A stretch of DNA of 64,000 nucleotides, from positions 224,001 through 288,000 of the forward strand of contig CAWBOS010000006.1 in assembly GCA_963790475.1 (NCBI GenBank), given 5' to 3'. The translations under genes were made by a program, and so were the position numbers. Source of the DNA: an uncultured delta proteobacterium (lineage in GTDB: Bacteria; Desulfobacterota; RBG-13-43-22). The notes under the pieces are model-generated. The model was not told where the DNA came from. It searched no databases and was given only the letters and a program-made list of their open reading frames with translations. This document shows, in pieces, positions 1 through 8,212 of this stretch. Within the stretch, counting starts at the first letter, position 1, and each line of letters begins with the position of its first letter.

Positions 1-40
1 GACAGAGAACGGAGGGAGAAAGATTGGGGGCGGGTTAGGG

Positions 41-126
41 GTTTATTGGGTCTGATGGGTCGTTTGGTTTTTTTTACTGAACAGACTAAATAGACCAAAA
101 AGATTATAGGACCAGATAGACCCAAT
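41..126. repeat. Degenerate ~9-nt tandem repeats: GT-rich arm followed by complementary AC-rich arm
   Basis: ttattgggtctgatgggtcgtttgg (43-67) then actgaacagactaaatagaccaaaaagattataggaccagatagacccaat (77-126). Confidence 0.7.
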
Positions 127-467
127 TAAAGGGATAGACTTAACTTAAGGGCTCGTTCGACTTCTTTCATTTTATTTTCATCGACCAACCCCAACCTTTT
201 TTCCAGTCGATCTTTAGAAACCGTTAGGATCTGGATGGTTTTTATAATAGAAGGTTTTATCAATCCACCTTGAGGTGGATCTAGTAATACATTCATAGGA
301 TATTTCTTTACTGTTGTTGAAACGGCGGCGACAATCGTAGTCGAAGCATGTTCATTGCCAATATTGTTTTGAATAACCAGCGCAGGTCTTTTCCCGGCCT
401 GCTCGCTGCCGCGGGCCGGGTTCCAATTGACAACCCATATTTCACCACGCTTGGGGAAGGTGGTCAT
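126..467 (-). CDS. MazF/PemK-family endoribonuclease toxin
   Basis: KRGEIWVVNWNPARGSEQAGKRPALVIQNNIGN signature; 113 aa; overlaps upstream antitoxin by 4 nt. Confidence 0.95.
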   Translation of the reverse strand: MTTFPKRGEIWVVNWNPARGSEQAGKRPALVIQNNIGNEHASTTIVAAVSTTVKKYPMNVLLDPPQGGLIKPSIIKTIQILTVSKDRLEKRLGLVDENKMKEVERALKLSLSL

Positions 468-697
468 TGGTGAATTTCCTTTTGGGCTTCCAAGGTCAAT
501 TCAGAAAATTTCCGGTCTTCATCCGCCATCTCCCGGTATCCCTCGGCCATTAAGGCTTCAGTCTTTTTTTCCAACCATAAGGAAAATGACTCTTGCGCCA
601 AACGGCTTCGGGCCAAATTAAAACGCTTGGCGGCCTGGTCAACAGCCTCACATAATCCTTCATCGATAGTAATGGTAATTTTTTTCTTGGTTTGCAT
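464..697 (-). CDS. Ribbon-helix-helix (CopG/EndoAI-like) antitoxin
   Basis: KKITITIDEGL beta strand, RSRL helix, LMAEGYREMA C-terminus typical of MazF partners. Confidence 0.9.
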   Translation of the reverse strand: MQTKKKITITIDEGLCEAVDQAAKRFNLARSRLAQESFSLWLEKKTEALMAEGYREMADEDRKFSELTLEAQKEIHQ

Positions 698-728
698 TAT
701 GCCCCCAATTAGTCTTACTTTTTAGCAG

Positions 729-757
729 ATATTATGTCATATTTTGAGTCATGTCAA
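729..757 (-). promoter_or_regulatory. sigma70-type promoter of RHH-MazF operon
   Basis: Minus strand TTGACA-N17-TAATAT with ATGAC direct repeats in the spacer. Confidence 0.6.
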
Positions 758-789
758 GAGAAAAATTTGGACACAAATGAATTGTGAGA

Positions 790-942
790 GCTTGGTTTGG
801 TCTGTCGGTTTGTTGAGTTTAATATGTCTATTTTGTCTATTTGGTTGAGGACTGAGGAAAAAGGATAAAGGAACGAGGAGCGAGGAGAAAAGATTGAGAT
901 GCGAGGAAAAAGGAACGAGGGGAAAGGAGAAAGGAGAAATGA
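790..942. repeat. 9-nt GT-rich tract followed by 7-nt purine-rich tract
   Basis: ttggtttggtctgtcggtttgttgagttt...gtctattttgtctatttgg then aggactg/aggaaaa/aggataa/aggaacg/aggagcg units. Confidence 0.75.
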
Positions 943-951
943 CCAGGGGGG

Positions 952-1242
952 CTATGGTTTTAGCTTGGACAGCAGAAGCCGGAATTGATCATAGAGGTCT
1001 CTCCGGTGGCCGACATAAAAAACCTGGACAACCCGATTATCATTGTCAACGGTGTATATGATCCTGAATCTCTTGGGTTTAAAGGACTTAAATTCGGCGA
1101 GTTCCTCCTGCAAATCGTCGCCGACATAGGGTTCCTCACGAAGTTGGTCTAAGGCGTCTCGTATGATCTTCTTATGATCAGGATGCAGGCGGGAGATGCA
1201 TTGCGCTGCTTCAGGAGTGAAACTAACCCGGTACTTCTTCAT
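952..1242 (-). CDS. RelE/ParE-family toxin
   Basis: YRVSFTPEAA N-terminus, FRIIYTV and YVGHRRDLY C-terminus. Confidence 0.92.
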   Translation of the reverse strand: MKKYRVSFTPEAAQCISRLHPDHKKIIRDALDQLREEPYVGDDLQEELAEFKSFKPKRFRIIYTVDNDNRVVQVFYVGHRRDLYDQFRLLLSKLKP

Positions 1243-1508
1243 TTCCCAAAAACCTTATCGTACTCGACCCATTTTCCCAGATTGGCCTCCTGGATAGATT
1301 TTCGAATGATTTTCATGGCCGACTCATCGGAAAGGATGTCGATGGTCTCGAGGAGACCTATAAATTTTCTCATACTAATCAAAACAGCCTCTGGAGCGCC
1401 GTTTTTAGTAATGGCGAAGGCATCGTCGGAATCCTCAAGTTTTCGGATTAAATTCAGAAGATTGCTTTTAGCTTTGGTGATTGGGATATAATCCTGTATG
1501 ATCTGCAT
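1239..1508 (-). CDS. Phd/YefM-family antitoxin
   Basis: IPITKAKSNL, ITKNGAPEAVLIS, ETIDILSD motifs; 4-nt overlap with toxin. Confidence 0.93.
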   Translation of the reverse strand: MQIIQDYIPITKAKSNLLNLIRKLEDSDDAFAITKNGAPEAVLISMRKFIGLLETIDILSDESAMKIIRKSIQEANLGKWVEYDKVFGK

Positions 1509-1524
1509 ATTTATTCTCCAATAG

Positions 1525-1563
1525 TTTTAATGGTCATTATACTGACTATTAAAATGCTGTCAA
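1525..1563 (-). promoter_or_regulatory. sigma70 promoter with overlapping palindromic operator (Phd-RelE autoregulation)
   Basis: Minus strand TTGACA-N16-TATAAT; palindrome ttttaatggtca-ttatac-tgactattaaaa (1525-1554) centred on the -10 box. Confidence 0.8.
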
Positions 1564-1622
1564 CCTATTTTGTGGGACGCAAAAATAGTTGATTTGTCGG
1601 AGGTAAATTTGGTAGTTTCTTG

Positions 1623-1810
1623 CCGCAGACCGGCACAGACAGGACCGGACAAAACCGTGTCTCTCACAGAGCGCACAGAGGCACAGAGAAAACTAATTTA
1701 TGGATTGCCGTTGAGGGGAAGGCAATCCAAAACCAGCGTCGCCTTTCCGCGAAATAATCTCTCTCTGAGAACTCTGAGGGCTTGAGTGACCGGAGGGAAC
1801 GGGCGAGAGG
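1623..1810 (+). repeat. Structured dispersed repeat, complete empty copy (leader + L arm + hairpin + R arm)
   Basis: L tctctcacagagcgcacagaggcacagag (1660), hairpin ggattgcc-gttgaggggaa-ggcaatcc, R ctctgagaactctgagggcttgagtgaccggagggaacgggcgagagg (1763-1810). Confidence 0.9.
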
Positions 1811-1819
1811 AAAATCTTT

Positions 1820-1914
1820 ATCTCTCACAGAGCTCACAGAGACACAGAGGCAAGAAAGATTTTCATTGCGTTTGAGAAGGCCGCAATTAAGACCTGTCTG
1901 TCGCCTGAAGGCGA
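1820..1914 (+). repeat. Structured dispersed repeat, L arm with hairpins
   Basis: atctctcacagagctcacagagacacagag, attgcg-tttgagaaggc-cgcaat, tcgcctgaaggcga. Confidence 0.85.
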
Positions 1915-2154
1915 AGATGCTTCTCTGGAGTGTATATATTAATTGAGGGATTAAGATTTAATAAGTTCCGGAATCAAACAAATCAGGTATTCTCCCGATG
2001 CTGCTTGGGGCAAGGCATAAGTTGTCTTCTTGGCATTTTATGCCGATGGCTATAAGAAGGTGAGGATGGTACGATTAGCAAGGTTTGTTATAACCGGCGT
2101 CCTTCGCTCACCCCAATATCCCCGGATGATTAAAAAATTTTTTTCGAGTTTACG

Positions 2155-2811
2155 ATGATGAAAAATCGATCCACTCAAAATTGGTACAGGCAGATCAAGG
2201 TGTTATTACCTACAATACTGATCGCCTATTCAATAACATTGGCGGCTATTGTCGGAATCTCCATTTATGCAATTTCCACAGGGAGGCGAATCTGGTATTT
2301 CACGGTTGATCCGTTTCTTATTGGCAACCTGCCATTTTATGCCGGCTTTCTTTCTAATTTGGGACTGCTTTTGTGGAGTGCCAGCGCAACGGTTTGTTTT
2401 TTTAGCGCAATGATCCTGCGTGATGAAGAATTAATAAACCGATATAGGTATTTTTTTGTTATGTCTGGTCTCTTTACTTCCTTGATTATGTTTGACGGTC
2501 TCTTTCAGATGCATCGCATTTTCTATCCGAATCACCTTCATCTCTCAACTTTTATGATCTATTGCGTTTATAGTATTCTTGGACTCTGGTATCTCTTTAT
2601 TTTTAGAAAACAAATTATGGAGACTGAATATTTAATGCTTGCCTTGGCTTTAAGCTTCCTTGGGTTGGCCGTAATTATTGATACCGTGTCTATGGTACCG
2701 AGAGGTCGTACGGCGCTTTCGGATTTATTTAAATTTTTTGGAATTGTGAGCTGGTTCATCTATTTTATCCGCACTTGCCGGAAGGTTCTGAGGAATGAGG
2801 AAAAAGGATAA
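2155..2811 (+). CDS. Hypothetical multi-pass membrane protein
   Basis: 218 aa ORF with about 6-7 hydrophobic segments; AT-rich; no motif recognised. Confidence 0.75.
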   Translation: MMKNRSTQNWYRQIKVLLPTILIAYSITLAAIVGISIYAISTGRRIWYFTVDPFLIGNLPFYAGFLSNLGLLLWSASATVCFFSAMILRDEELINRYRYFFVMSGLFTSLIMFDGLFQMHRIFYPNHLHLSTFMIYCVYSILGLWYLFIFRKQIMETEYLMLALALSFLGLAVIIDTVSMVPRGRTALSDLFKFFGIVSWFIYFIRTCRKVLRNEEKG

Positions 2812-2844
2812 AGGATCGTGGAGATTTACCTAAAACGAAAGTTC

Positions 2845-2895
2845 CTCTCTCAGAACTGTGAGGGCAAGATTGACCGGGGAGTGAGCGGCGAGAGG
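2845..2895 (+). repeat. Structured dispersed repeat, R arm
   Basis: ctctctcagaactgtgagggcaagattgaccggggagtgagcggcgagagg, homologous to 1763-1810. Confidence 0.85.
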
Positions 2896-2905
2896 AAAAG
2901 TCTTT

Positions 2906-3138
2906 ATCTCTCACAGAGCTCACAGGGGGCACGGAGATGATATTTATTGATTGCCGTTGAGGGAGGGGGCGGCAATCAATATCCATCCGTCGCCTGGCGA
3001 CGACCCGTGGTTACACGCCCAAAGGGCCAGATGGTAGGAGGAAGACAAGTCGTCTTCCCTCCTGTCAGGTATTTGTCTGTGGCAAAAGAAGCTCTGAGAA
3101 CTGAGGGCTCAATTGACCGAAGGGAACGGGCGAGAGAA
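2906..3138 (+). repeat. Structured dispersed repeat, complete copy containing the extra hairpin module
   Basis: L arm at 2906, attgattgccg...cggcaatcaat hairpin, gtcgcctggcgac, ggaagac-aagtc-gtcttcc module (3017-3063), R arm 3092-3136. Confidence 0.9.
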
Positions 3139-3256
3139 AACAGGAGACGTCGGAAAATTGTGTCTAAGCACAAAGAATGGCGCCAGTTTTTCGCCTTGGC
3201 TTAAGACCAAGAATTATATCCCATTGAAATACTGATTTTTTTTATAGGCCTCCTCA

Positions 3257-3272
3257 TGGCATAGGTTTTGCT
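3257..3272 (+). promoter_or_regulatory. sigma54 (-24/-12) promoter
   Basis: TGGCATAGGTTTTGCT: GG-N10-GC spacing, about 60 nt upstream of the protease ATG. Confidence 0.7.
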
Positions 3273-3329
3273 AAATCAGGAAGAAAGCAATTATCTCACT
3301 TTATCAATACTGGAGAAAGGGAGGTTTTT

Positions 3330-4178
3330 ATGATGGTGAAGAAGACTAGGGCTTCGAAGAACAGCTTTTCAGGAAAAAGGGGTTATGGGTGGGTGCCGGA
3401 TATTCCGGATCAGAGGGATTATCTTTTAAGCGCAGTGCTTAAGGTGCCGGCCAGGCTGCCTGGCAAGGTAGATTTGCGGCCGCTCTGTTCCAAGATTGAA
3501 GATCAGGGCCAACTGGGGAGCTGCACGGCCAATGCCCTGGCCGGGGCCATCGAGTTCCTGGAACGAAAGGACAAGGTTCCTTTTCAGGATTTCAGCAGGC
3601 TCTTTATTTACTATAACGAACGGGCCTTGGAACACACCATAAACTCCGATTCGGGGGCCATGATCCGGGATGGGATCAAGACTATGGCCAAGCAAGGGGT
3701 CTGCTCCGAGAAGAGCTGGCCCTATGAGGTATCCAAGTTTAAATCTAAACCGGGACCAGCCTGCTATAAAGAAGCCTTGGAACATCAGATCACCTCCTAT
3801 CGTCGTATTCTCACCCTTGATCAGATGCGGACCTGTCTGGCCGAAGGGTTCCCTTTTATCTTTGGCTTTACCGTGTACGAGAGCTTTGAAACCCAGGAAG
3901 TCGCCCGGACCGGTGTTGTGAATATGCCCGACCATGGCGAGCAGGTGCTCGGAGGGCATGCCGTTCTCGCCGTGGGGTACGATCATTCCAAAGAGAGATT
4001 TATTGTCCGAAATTCCTGGGGAAGCGGTTGGGGCCTGAAGGGCTATTTCACCATGCCCTATAAATACCTCAGCAACCGTAACCTTTCCGACGACTTTTGG
4101 ACCATCCGCAGGGGAGAATTGATGGTTCCCAGAAAAAAGGAAAGGATTGAGGTACGAGGAAAAAGAGTTGAGGGGTGA
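3330..4178 (+). CDS. C1A papain-family cysteine protease
   Basis: DQGQLGSCTANA (Gln/Cys), GGHAVLAVGY (His), VRNSWGSGWG (Asn); RBS GGAGG. Confidence 0.95.
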   Translation: MMVKKTRASKNSFSGKRGYGWVPDIPDQRDYLLSAVLKVPARLPGKVDLRPLCSKIEDQGQLGSCTANALAGAIEFLERKDKVPFQDFSRLFIYYNERALEHTINSDSGAMIRDGIKTMAKQGVCSEKSWPYEVSKFKSKPGPACYKEALEHQITSYRRILTLDQMRTCLAEGFPFIFGFTVYESFETQEVARTGVVNMPDHGEQVLGGHAVLAVGYDHSKERFIVRNSWGSGWGLKGYFTMPYKYLSNRNLSDDFWTIRRGELMVPRKKERIEVRGKRVEG

Positions 4179-4585
4179 TCTCTCACAGAGCAGAGGGAGG
4201 CACAGAGGGGAAAAGCTCATAGCTCAAAGCTGATAGCTGATAGCGAGAAAGAACTATCAAGAGATAGCGTCATTATTTTTTCATTGCGGTCGAGAAGGAC
4301 CGCAGTTGTCTATGACAAAAGAAAAGAAGGATTTATAGCCACGGACGCACACGGACAAAGTCTGGACGAAAGATAATTTGCCTGGCCCCTACAAGGACGT
4401 GGCCAAGCAAACCCAGCCGTCGCCTGGCGGCGAACCTGGAGTTAAGTACCTGATCCATTAGGCCTTAGGTAAGCCGAAGGCTGGATGGGTTATGAAAATC
4501 GGCCTGACACCGAATTTTATAAAAAGTGGTTCCTTCTCTCTGGGAAATCTGAGGGCTCGAGTGACGGGAGGGAATGGGCGAGCGG
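4178..4585 (+). repeat. Structured dispersed repeat, expanded copy with internal heptamer tract and hairpins
   Basis: L arm at 4178; (t/a)agctga/ca heptamers 4213-4244; tgcggtc-gagaag-gaccgca; gccgaaggc...ttatgaaaatcgg...ccgaattttataa shared with 30050-30102; R arm 4538-4585. Confidence 0.8.
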
Positions 4586-4595
4586 AAAAGATCCG

Positions 4596-4623
4596 ATCTC
4601 TCACAGGGCACGCAGAGGCACAA
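4596..4623 (+). repeat. Structured dispersed repeat, L arm (short)
   Basis: atctctcacagggcacgcagaggcaca. Confidence 0.8.
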
Positions 4624-4649
4624 CTAGGCATTGCGCAATGTTTGAGTTA

Positions 4650-4678
4650 TTGACATTCTCTGAAGATGCGCTTAATAT
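4650..4678 (+). promoter_or_regulatory. sigma70 promoter of RHH-PIN operon
   Basis: TTGACA-N17-TAATAT. Confidence 0.65.
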
Positions 4679-4709
4679 AGGCTCATAATTAAACGCTAGA
4701 GGTGCAACA

Positions 4710-4940
4710 ATGAGAATAACCGCACATATTCCGGATAATATTGCAAAAGATGTTAAGAGGTTTGCTGACAATGAAAAGATGTCGGTATCGGCGGTAATAG
4801 CCGAAGCGCTTCAATATTATGTTTACGAAAAAAAAAAGATGGAAACCGGGAAAAAAGTTTTGGCCATGATCGGCAAGGTGCACGTTTCTGAAGATGCACA
4901 TAAAGAACTTAATAAAATGAGAGCAGAGACTGAAAGATGA
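4710..4940 (+). CDS. RHH/CopG-like antitoxin
   Basis: MRITAHIPDNI...SVSAVIAEALQYY RHH pattern; ATGA overlap with PIN gene. Confidence 0.85.
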   Translation: MRITAHIPDNIAKDVKRFADNEKMSVSAVIAEALQYYVYEKKKMETGKKVLAMIGKVHVSEDAHKELNKMRAETER

Positions 4941-5329
4941 TAGGTTTGGATTCGGGTTTTTTTGTTGAGCTTCTTAAGGGCAATCAACAAACCGAAAGAA
5001 TCTGGAATGACATTTTGGATGGTCAAGGTTCTGTAGTATCGTGCATTTCTTTATTTGAACTTAAGAGGCTCGGCCTGAAAGGTTTGATTGATATCAGCAC
5101 GATCGACACTATTAATGAAGCGATTATGAATATATGCAATATTGCCTGGTTAGATAATGTTACTGTTGTCAATACGGCTGCTAATTTTTCCCACGGATTG
5201 GGAATCCACATGGCTGATGCCTTGATCCTTTCAGGATTTATTAAATATGGAGTTACGAAAATATACACAACGGATCAACACATTTCTTTGTATAAGAAAA
5301 AAGGCGTGAGGGTTATTATGCTAATTTAA
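4937..5329 (+). CDS. PIN-domain (VapC-like) toxin
   Basis: GLDSG, SLFEL, ADALI, IYTTD acidic PIN residues. Confidence 0.9.
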   Translation: MIGLDSGFFVELLKGNQQTERIWNDILDGQGSVVSCISLFELKRLGLKGLIDISTIDTINEAIMNICNIAWLDNVTVVNTAANFSHGLGIHMADALILSGFIKYGVTKIYTTDQHISLYKKKGVRVIMLI

Positions 5330-5367
5330 TCCATGACTTTTTTTACTTTGTTCTTATAGGGCGCCTT

Positions 5368-5555
5368 TCAATTGACCGGATGGAACGGGCGTGAGAAAAA
5401 AGGTGAAAGGAACTAGGAGCGGGTTATGGGTGGGGATTTGTTGAGTTTGTTGAGTCAATTGGGTTCATTGAGTTATTGGGTTTAATTGGTAGGCTTGGGT
5501 ATCCTCTTTTAATACAAAAATACCGTTTGTCGTTTATCGTTCGGTGTTCGGCGAA
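5368..5555 (+). repeat. Partial R arm followed by 7-nt and 9-nt tandem tracts
   Basis: tcaattgaccggatggaacgggcgtgag; tttgttgag/tttgttgag/tcaattggg/ttcattgag/ttattggg; cgtttgt/cgtttat/cgttcgg/tgttcgg. Confidence 0.8.
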
Positions 5556-5701
5556 CCCCAATTTTCATACTTCGGGGCGGTTGGCAAAGGTCTGAGGGTT
5601 TTATATAAAAAAACTCCGCACAAACTGTACGGGTTTTTTATCGGTAATAAATTGTTTGGGATAAGAATTTTATTAGTGTTTTTTCCTTGTCCGGGTAGCG
5701 G

Positions 5702-5910
5702 CTAACTCTTAATTCTCAAATTTTCTAAAGTTGGAACCGTTTTAAAGAGATCGCTTTCCGTTGCCTTTCGGTCGAAGGTGTAAGTTACCACAGCCTTTTC
5801 ACGATGATTGGAAAGACCGATAAGATAGTCGGCAAAGTCAGCCTTTCAGTCTGCCGCTGGTCATTGCGGACAATATAGCGAATAAGAACATTGGTATCCA
5901 ATCCAATCAA
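5702..5910 (-). pseudogene. PIN/VapC toxin pseudogene with internal deletion and frameshift
   Basis: Minus strand reads MIGLDTNVLIRYIVRNDQRQTE, then in another frame KADFADYLIGLSN...TYTFDRKA; the middle of the PIN domain is absent. Confidence 0.85.
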
Positions 5911-6140
5911 GACGATGCCCCTTTAGCTATTGCCTTATCCATATCAGCCAAGGATAGGGCTTTTTGGGGTTTAGGGACCATCCCCTTCAAACTGGATATC
6001 GTTTCCACCACAGGAATGATCTCCAACCTTTCATTGTCAATGACAATAAATTCCAGTTTACTGCCCGGGATAATTTTCAGTCGTCTCCTGGCTTCAGCCG
6101 GTAGAGTCACTTGTCCTTTGCTGGTTACCGTGGCAATCAT
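5907..6140 (-). CDS. AbrB/MazE/SpoVT-family antitoxin
   Basis: ATVTSKGQVTLPAEARRRLKI.PG motif. Confidence 0.93.
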   Translation of the reverse strand: MIATVTSKGQVTLPAEARRRLKIIPGSKLEFIVIDNERLEIIPVVETISSLKGMVPKPQKALSLADMDKAIAKGASS

Positions 6141-6215
6141 TTCTTACCTCTTCTATATGTTCCTTACTTTTTAACCTTACTTTATCCAAATAAAATATTT
6201 TGTCAAGAGAATCCA

Positions 6216-6293
6216 TGTCCGGAGGGGATGGGCGAGAGAAGAAAATAGTGCCCTGAGGGACTGACGATAGGAGGAAGACAGGTCGTCTTCCTC
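6216..6293 (+). repeat. Partial R arm plus ggaagac hairpin module
   Basis: tccggaggggatgggcgagag; agtgccctgagggactgacgataggaggaagacaggtcgtcttcctc. Confidence 0.8.
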
Positions 6294-6377
6294 GTTTCCA
6301 GCCGTAGTCGTTGGTACAAGGAAAATCCTCATTGCTAAAATTCCGAATGTAGTGTATTGTAGTACAAGAGGTGGGAA

Positions 6378-6596
6378 ATGAGAAACGTATTATCTGTGAG
6401 CCTTCCGGGAAATTTGGTGAAAGACCTTAATAGTTTTGCCAAGTCAACAGGAAGGAATAAAAGCGACATTTTAAGAGATTCGTTGGGCAATTACCTTTGG
6501 GAAATTAAATTCAAGGAGACCAAGAAACGCCTTTCCGCCAAAGCAAAGAAAGCCGGAATCATAACCGAAGATGATGTTTTTAAAACGGTATCATGA
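6378..6596 (+). CDS. CopG/RHH antitoxin
   Basis: VLSVSLP...GRNKSDILRDSL; GIITEDDVF C-terminus; ATGA overlap. Confidence 0.9.
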   Translation: MRNVLSVSLPGNLVKDLNSFAKSTGRNKSDILRDSLGNYLWEIKFKETKKRLSAKAKKAGIITEDDVFKTVS

Positions 6597-7000
6597 AAGC
6601 CGCTTTCGATACTAATGTCCTAGTTGCGGCATTCCTTACCGACGGTTTATGCTCCAAGCCCCTTTTAAGAGCACGCCGCAAGGAATTCTCCTTAATTCTG
6701 TGCCCTTATATTTTGCAGGAGTTTCAAAAATTTCTTCAAGCAAAAATTAAGGCCTCAAGCCGGGAAATAGAAATGGCGGTTAAGCTCCTTGAAGAAGGGG
6801 CTTTTGAGATAAAGCATCCTTCGATGATTATTGAAAGGACATGCCGAGATATCGATGATGATAATATTCTCAGCTGTGCCTTGGCTTCAGAATCGGAGTA
6901 TTTGGTGACCGGAGATGATGATTTATTAACACTTCATAAGTATGGAAAAACAAAAATCATCAAACCTCGACAGTTTGAAGATCTTTTTGTCGACAATTAA
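6593..7000 (+). CDS. PIN-domain toxin (TIGR00305/PIN_3-like)
   Basis: FDTNVLVAA, CRDIDDDNILSCA, LVTGDDDLL. Confidence 0.93.
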   Translation: MKAAFDTNVLVAAFLTDGLCSKPLLRARRKEFSLILCPYILQEFQKFLQAKIKASSREIEMAVKLLEEGAFEIKHPSMIIERTCRDIDDDNILSCALASESEYLVTGDDDLLTLHKYGKTKIIKPRQFEDLFVDN

Positions 7001-7054
7001 AAGAATTGCCCAACCACGTTCTTCGGTTATCGGTGGCAAAAAAAGCCTTTCTAT

Positions 7055-7254
7055 CCACGGACCCACACAGACAGAAACTGGGACAATAGCTTATCTCTCG
7101 CGGAGCACGCGGAGGCACAGAGATTTTTTTCATTGCGGTTGAGGGACCGCAATGAAAAACACCCCGTAGTCTGATTTCCCTTTCTCAGAAAATCAGACTA
7201 TAAGTAACACACTCTGCAAACTCTGAAGGCTTGAGCGAAGCGGGCGGGAGAAAA
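7055..7254 (+). repeat. Structured dispersed repeat, complete empty copy
   Basis: Leader ccacggacccacacagac, L arm at 7093, ttttcattgcggt-tgaggg-accgcaatgaaaa, tagtctgattt...aaatcagacta, R arm 7212-7254. Confidence 0.88.
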
Positions 7255-7264
7255 GGGGTTTTGA

Positions 7265-7485
7265 AGTCAAAATGAAAAATGGAAAGTGCAGTTTGGTCTG
7301 TTTGGTCTATTGAGTCTATTGAGTTTGTTGAGTTCATTGCGTTGAGGAGAGAGGAAGAAGGAGAAAGGACAGGAAACACGGGGAAGAATGGATTGATGGA
7401 ATAATGGAAAAGGCAACAAGGATCAACCCAAACCACTCAAGTAACTCAATAACCCAACTAACTCAAGCAACCCAATAAATTCAAC
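7265..7485. repeat. Mosaic of 7-, 9- and 8-nt tracts with complementary 9-nt arms
   Basis: gtttggtct/gtttggtct/attgagtct/attgagttt/gttgagttc (7291-7345) versus caacccaaa/ccactcaag/taactcaa/taacccaac/taactcaag/caacccaat (7424-7485). Confidence 0.8.
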
Positions 7486-7505
7486 GGTGCCGGGTTCAGA
7501 TGAAT

Positions 7506-7832
7506 TTACCCTCTTAACAATAAAAAACCCCCCACATAATGCAAGCCTTCCCAATGACCGTCCACATAATAATCCTTCACACTCTCCGTATAACCATTCC
7601 TTGCCTCATGTAGATCTCCCTCGACTGGTGTTACAATCGAAGTATTTGGTTCCACACCTACAGGTGGTAGGGAGAAATTTAACCACGCAACCACACTGAG
7701 ATCATTAGTTGCTTCCAGTCCTGCCTTTGTCGGTGGCAAAAGAGAAGTATTAAAAGACTTTTTAGACACAGAACCAAGGAAGGAGAAACGAAGAAACAAG
7801 GTATGGAACGATAGCCTAAAAAATATTGACAC
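7506..7832 (-). CDS. Hypothetical ORF or gene fragment
   Basis: 108 aa ORF filling the gap between repeats and the next TA promoter; start uncertain; no motif recognised. Confidence 0.3.
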   Translation of the reverse strand: MSIFFRLSFHTLFLRFSFLGSVSKKSFNTSLLPPTKAGLEATNDLSVVAWLNFSLPPVGVEPNTSIVTPVEGDLHEARNGYTESVKDYYVDGHWEGLHYVGGFLLLRG

Positions 7833-7908
7833 TTTATGGTATAAAGTGTACCCTTTGCTCAGAATATAAAAGAATATTTCCCATTGCTGTAAAATTGAGG
7901 TGATCTAA

Positions 7909-8145
7909 ATGATAGAGGTAAATGCCAAAAAGGCTCGTGGGCAGTTAAGCTCCTTGCTTAAACAAGTCGAGGAAGGAGAAGAAGTGATCATTTCCCGTAA
8001 TGGAAAAAGGATTGCCCGGATGGTTTCTTTAATAGAATCCCCCAAGCGACTTCCAAGCTTGAATGATTTCAGGGCAAAGGTCAGAATTAATGGTGAGCCG
8101 CTGAGTGGAATCGTGGTGCAATCCCGGAAGGAAGAACGCTATTGA
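7909..8145 (+). CDS. Phd/YefM-family antitoxin
   Basis: VNAKKARGQLSSLL...GEEVIISRNGKRIARMV; upstream TTGACA (7826) with palindrome acactttat-ggt-ataaagtgt. Confidence 0.92.
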   Translation: MIEVNAKKARGQLSSLLKQVEEGEEVIISRNGKRIARMVSLIESPKRLPSLNDFRAKVRINGEPLSGIVVQSRKEERY

Positions 8146-8212
8146 TGATGGTATTGAAAAAAGTTCACAATCGTTACGAGCCTATTGAGGCATCATCCTA
8201 GGGAGGTAATCG

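Noticed and set aside
2031-2044. sigma54 promoter TGGCATTTTATGC before ORF 2155
   Set aside because: GG to GC spacing is 8 nt, not the required 10.
1623-7254. CRISPR array interpretation of the dispersed repeats
   Set aside because: Copies are long, degenerate and irregularly spaced with genes between them; no cas genes in the window.
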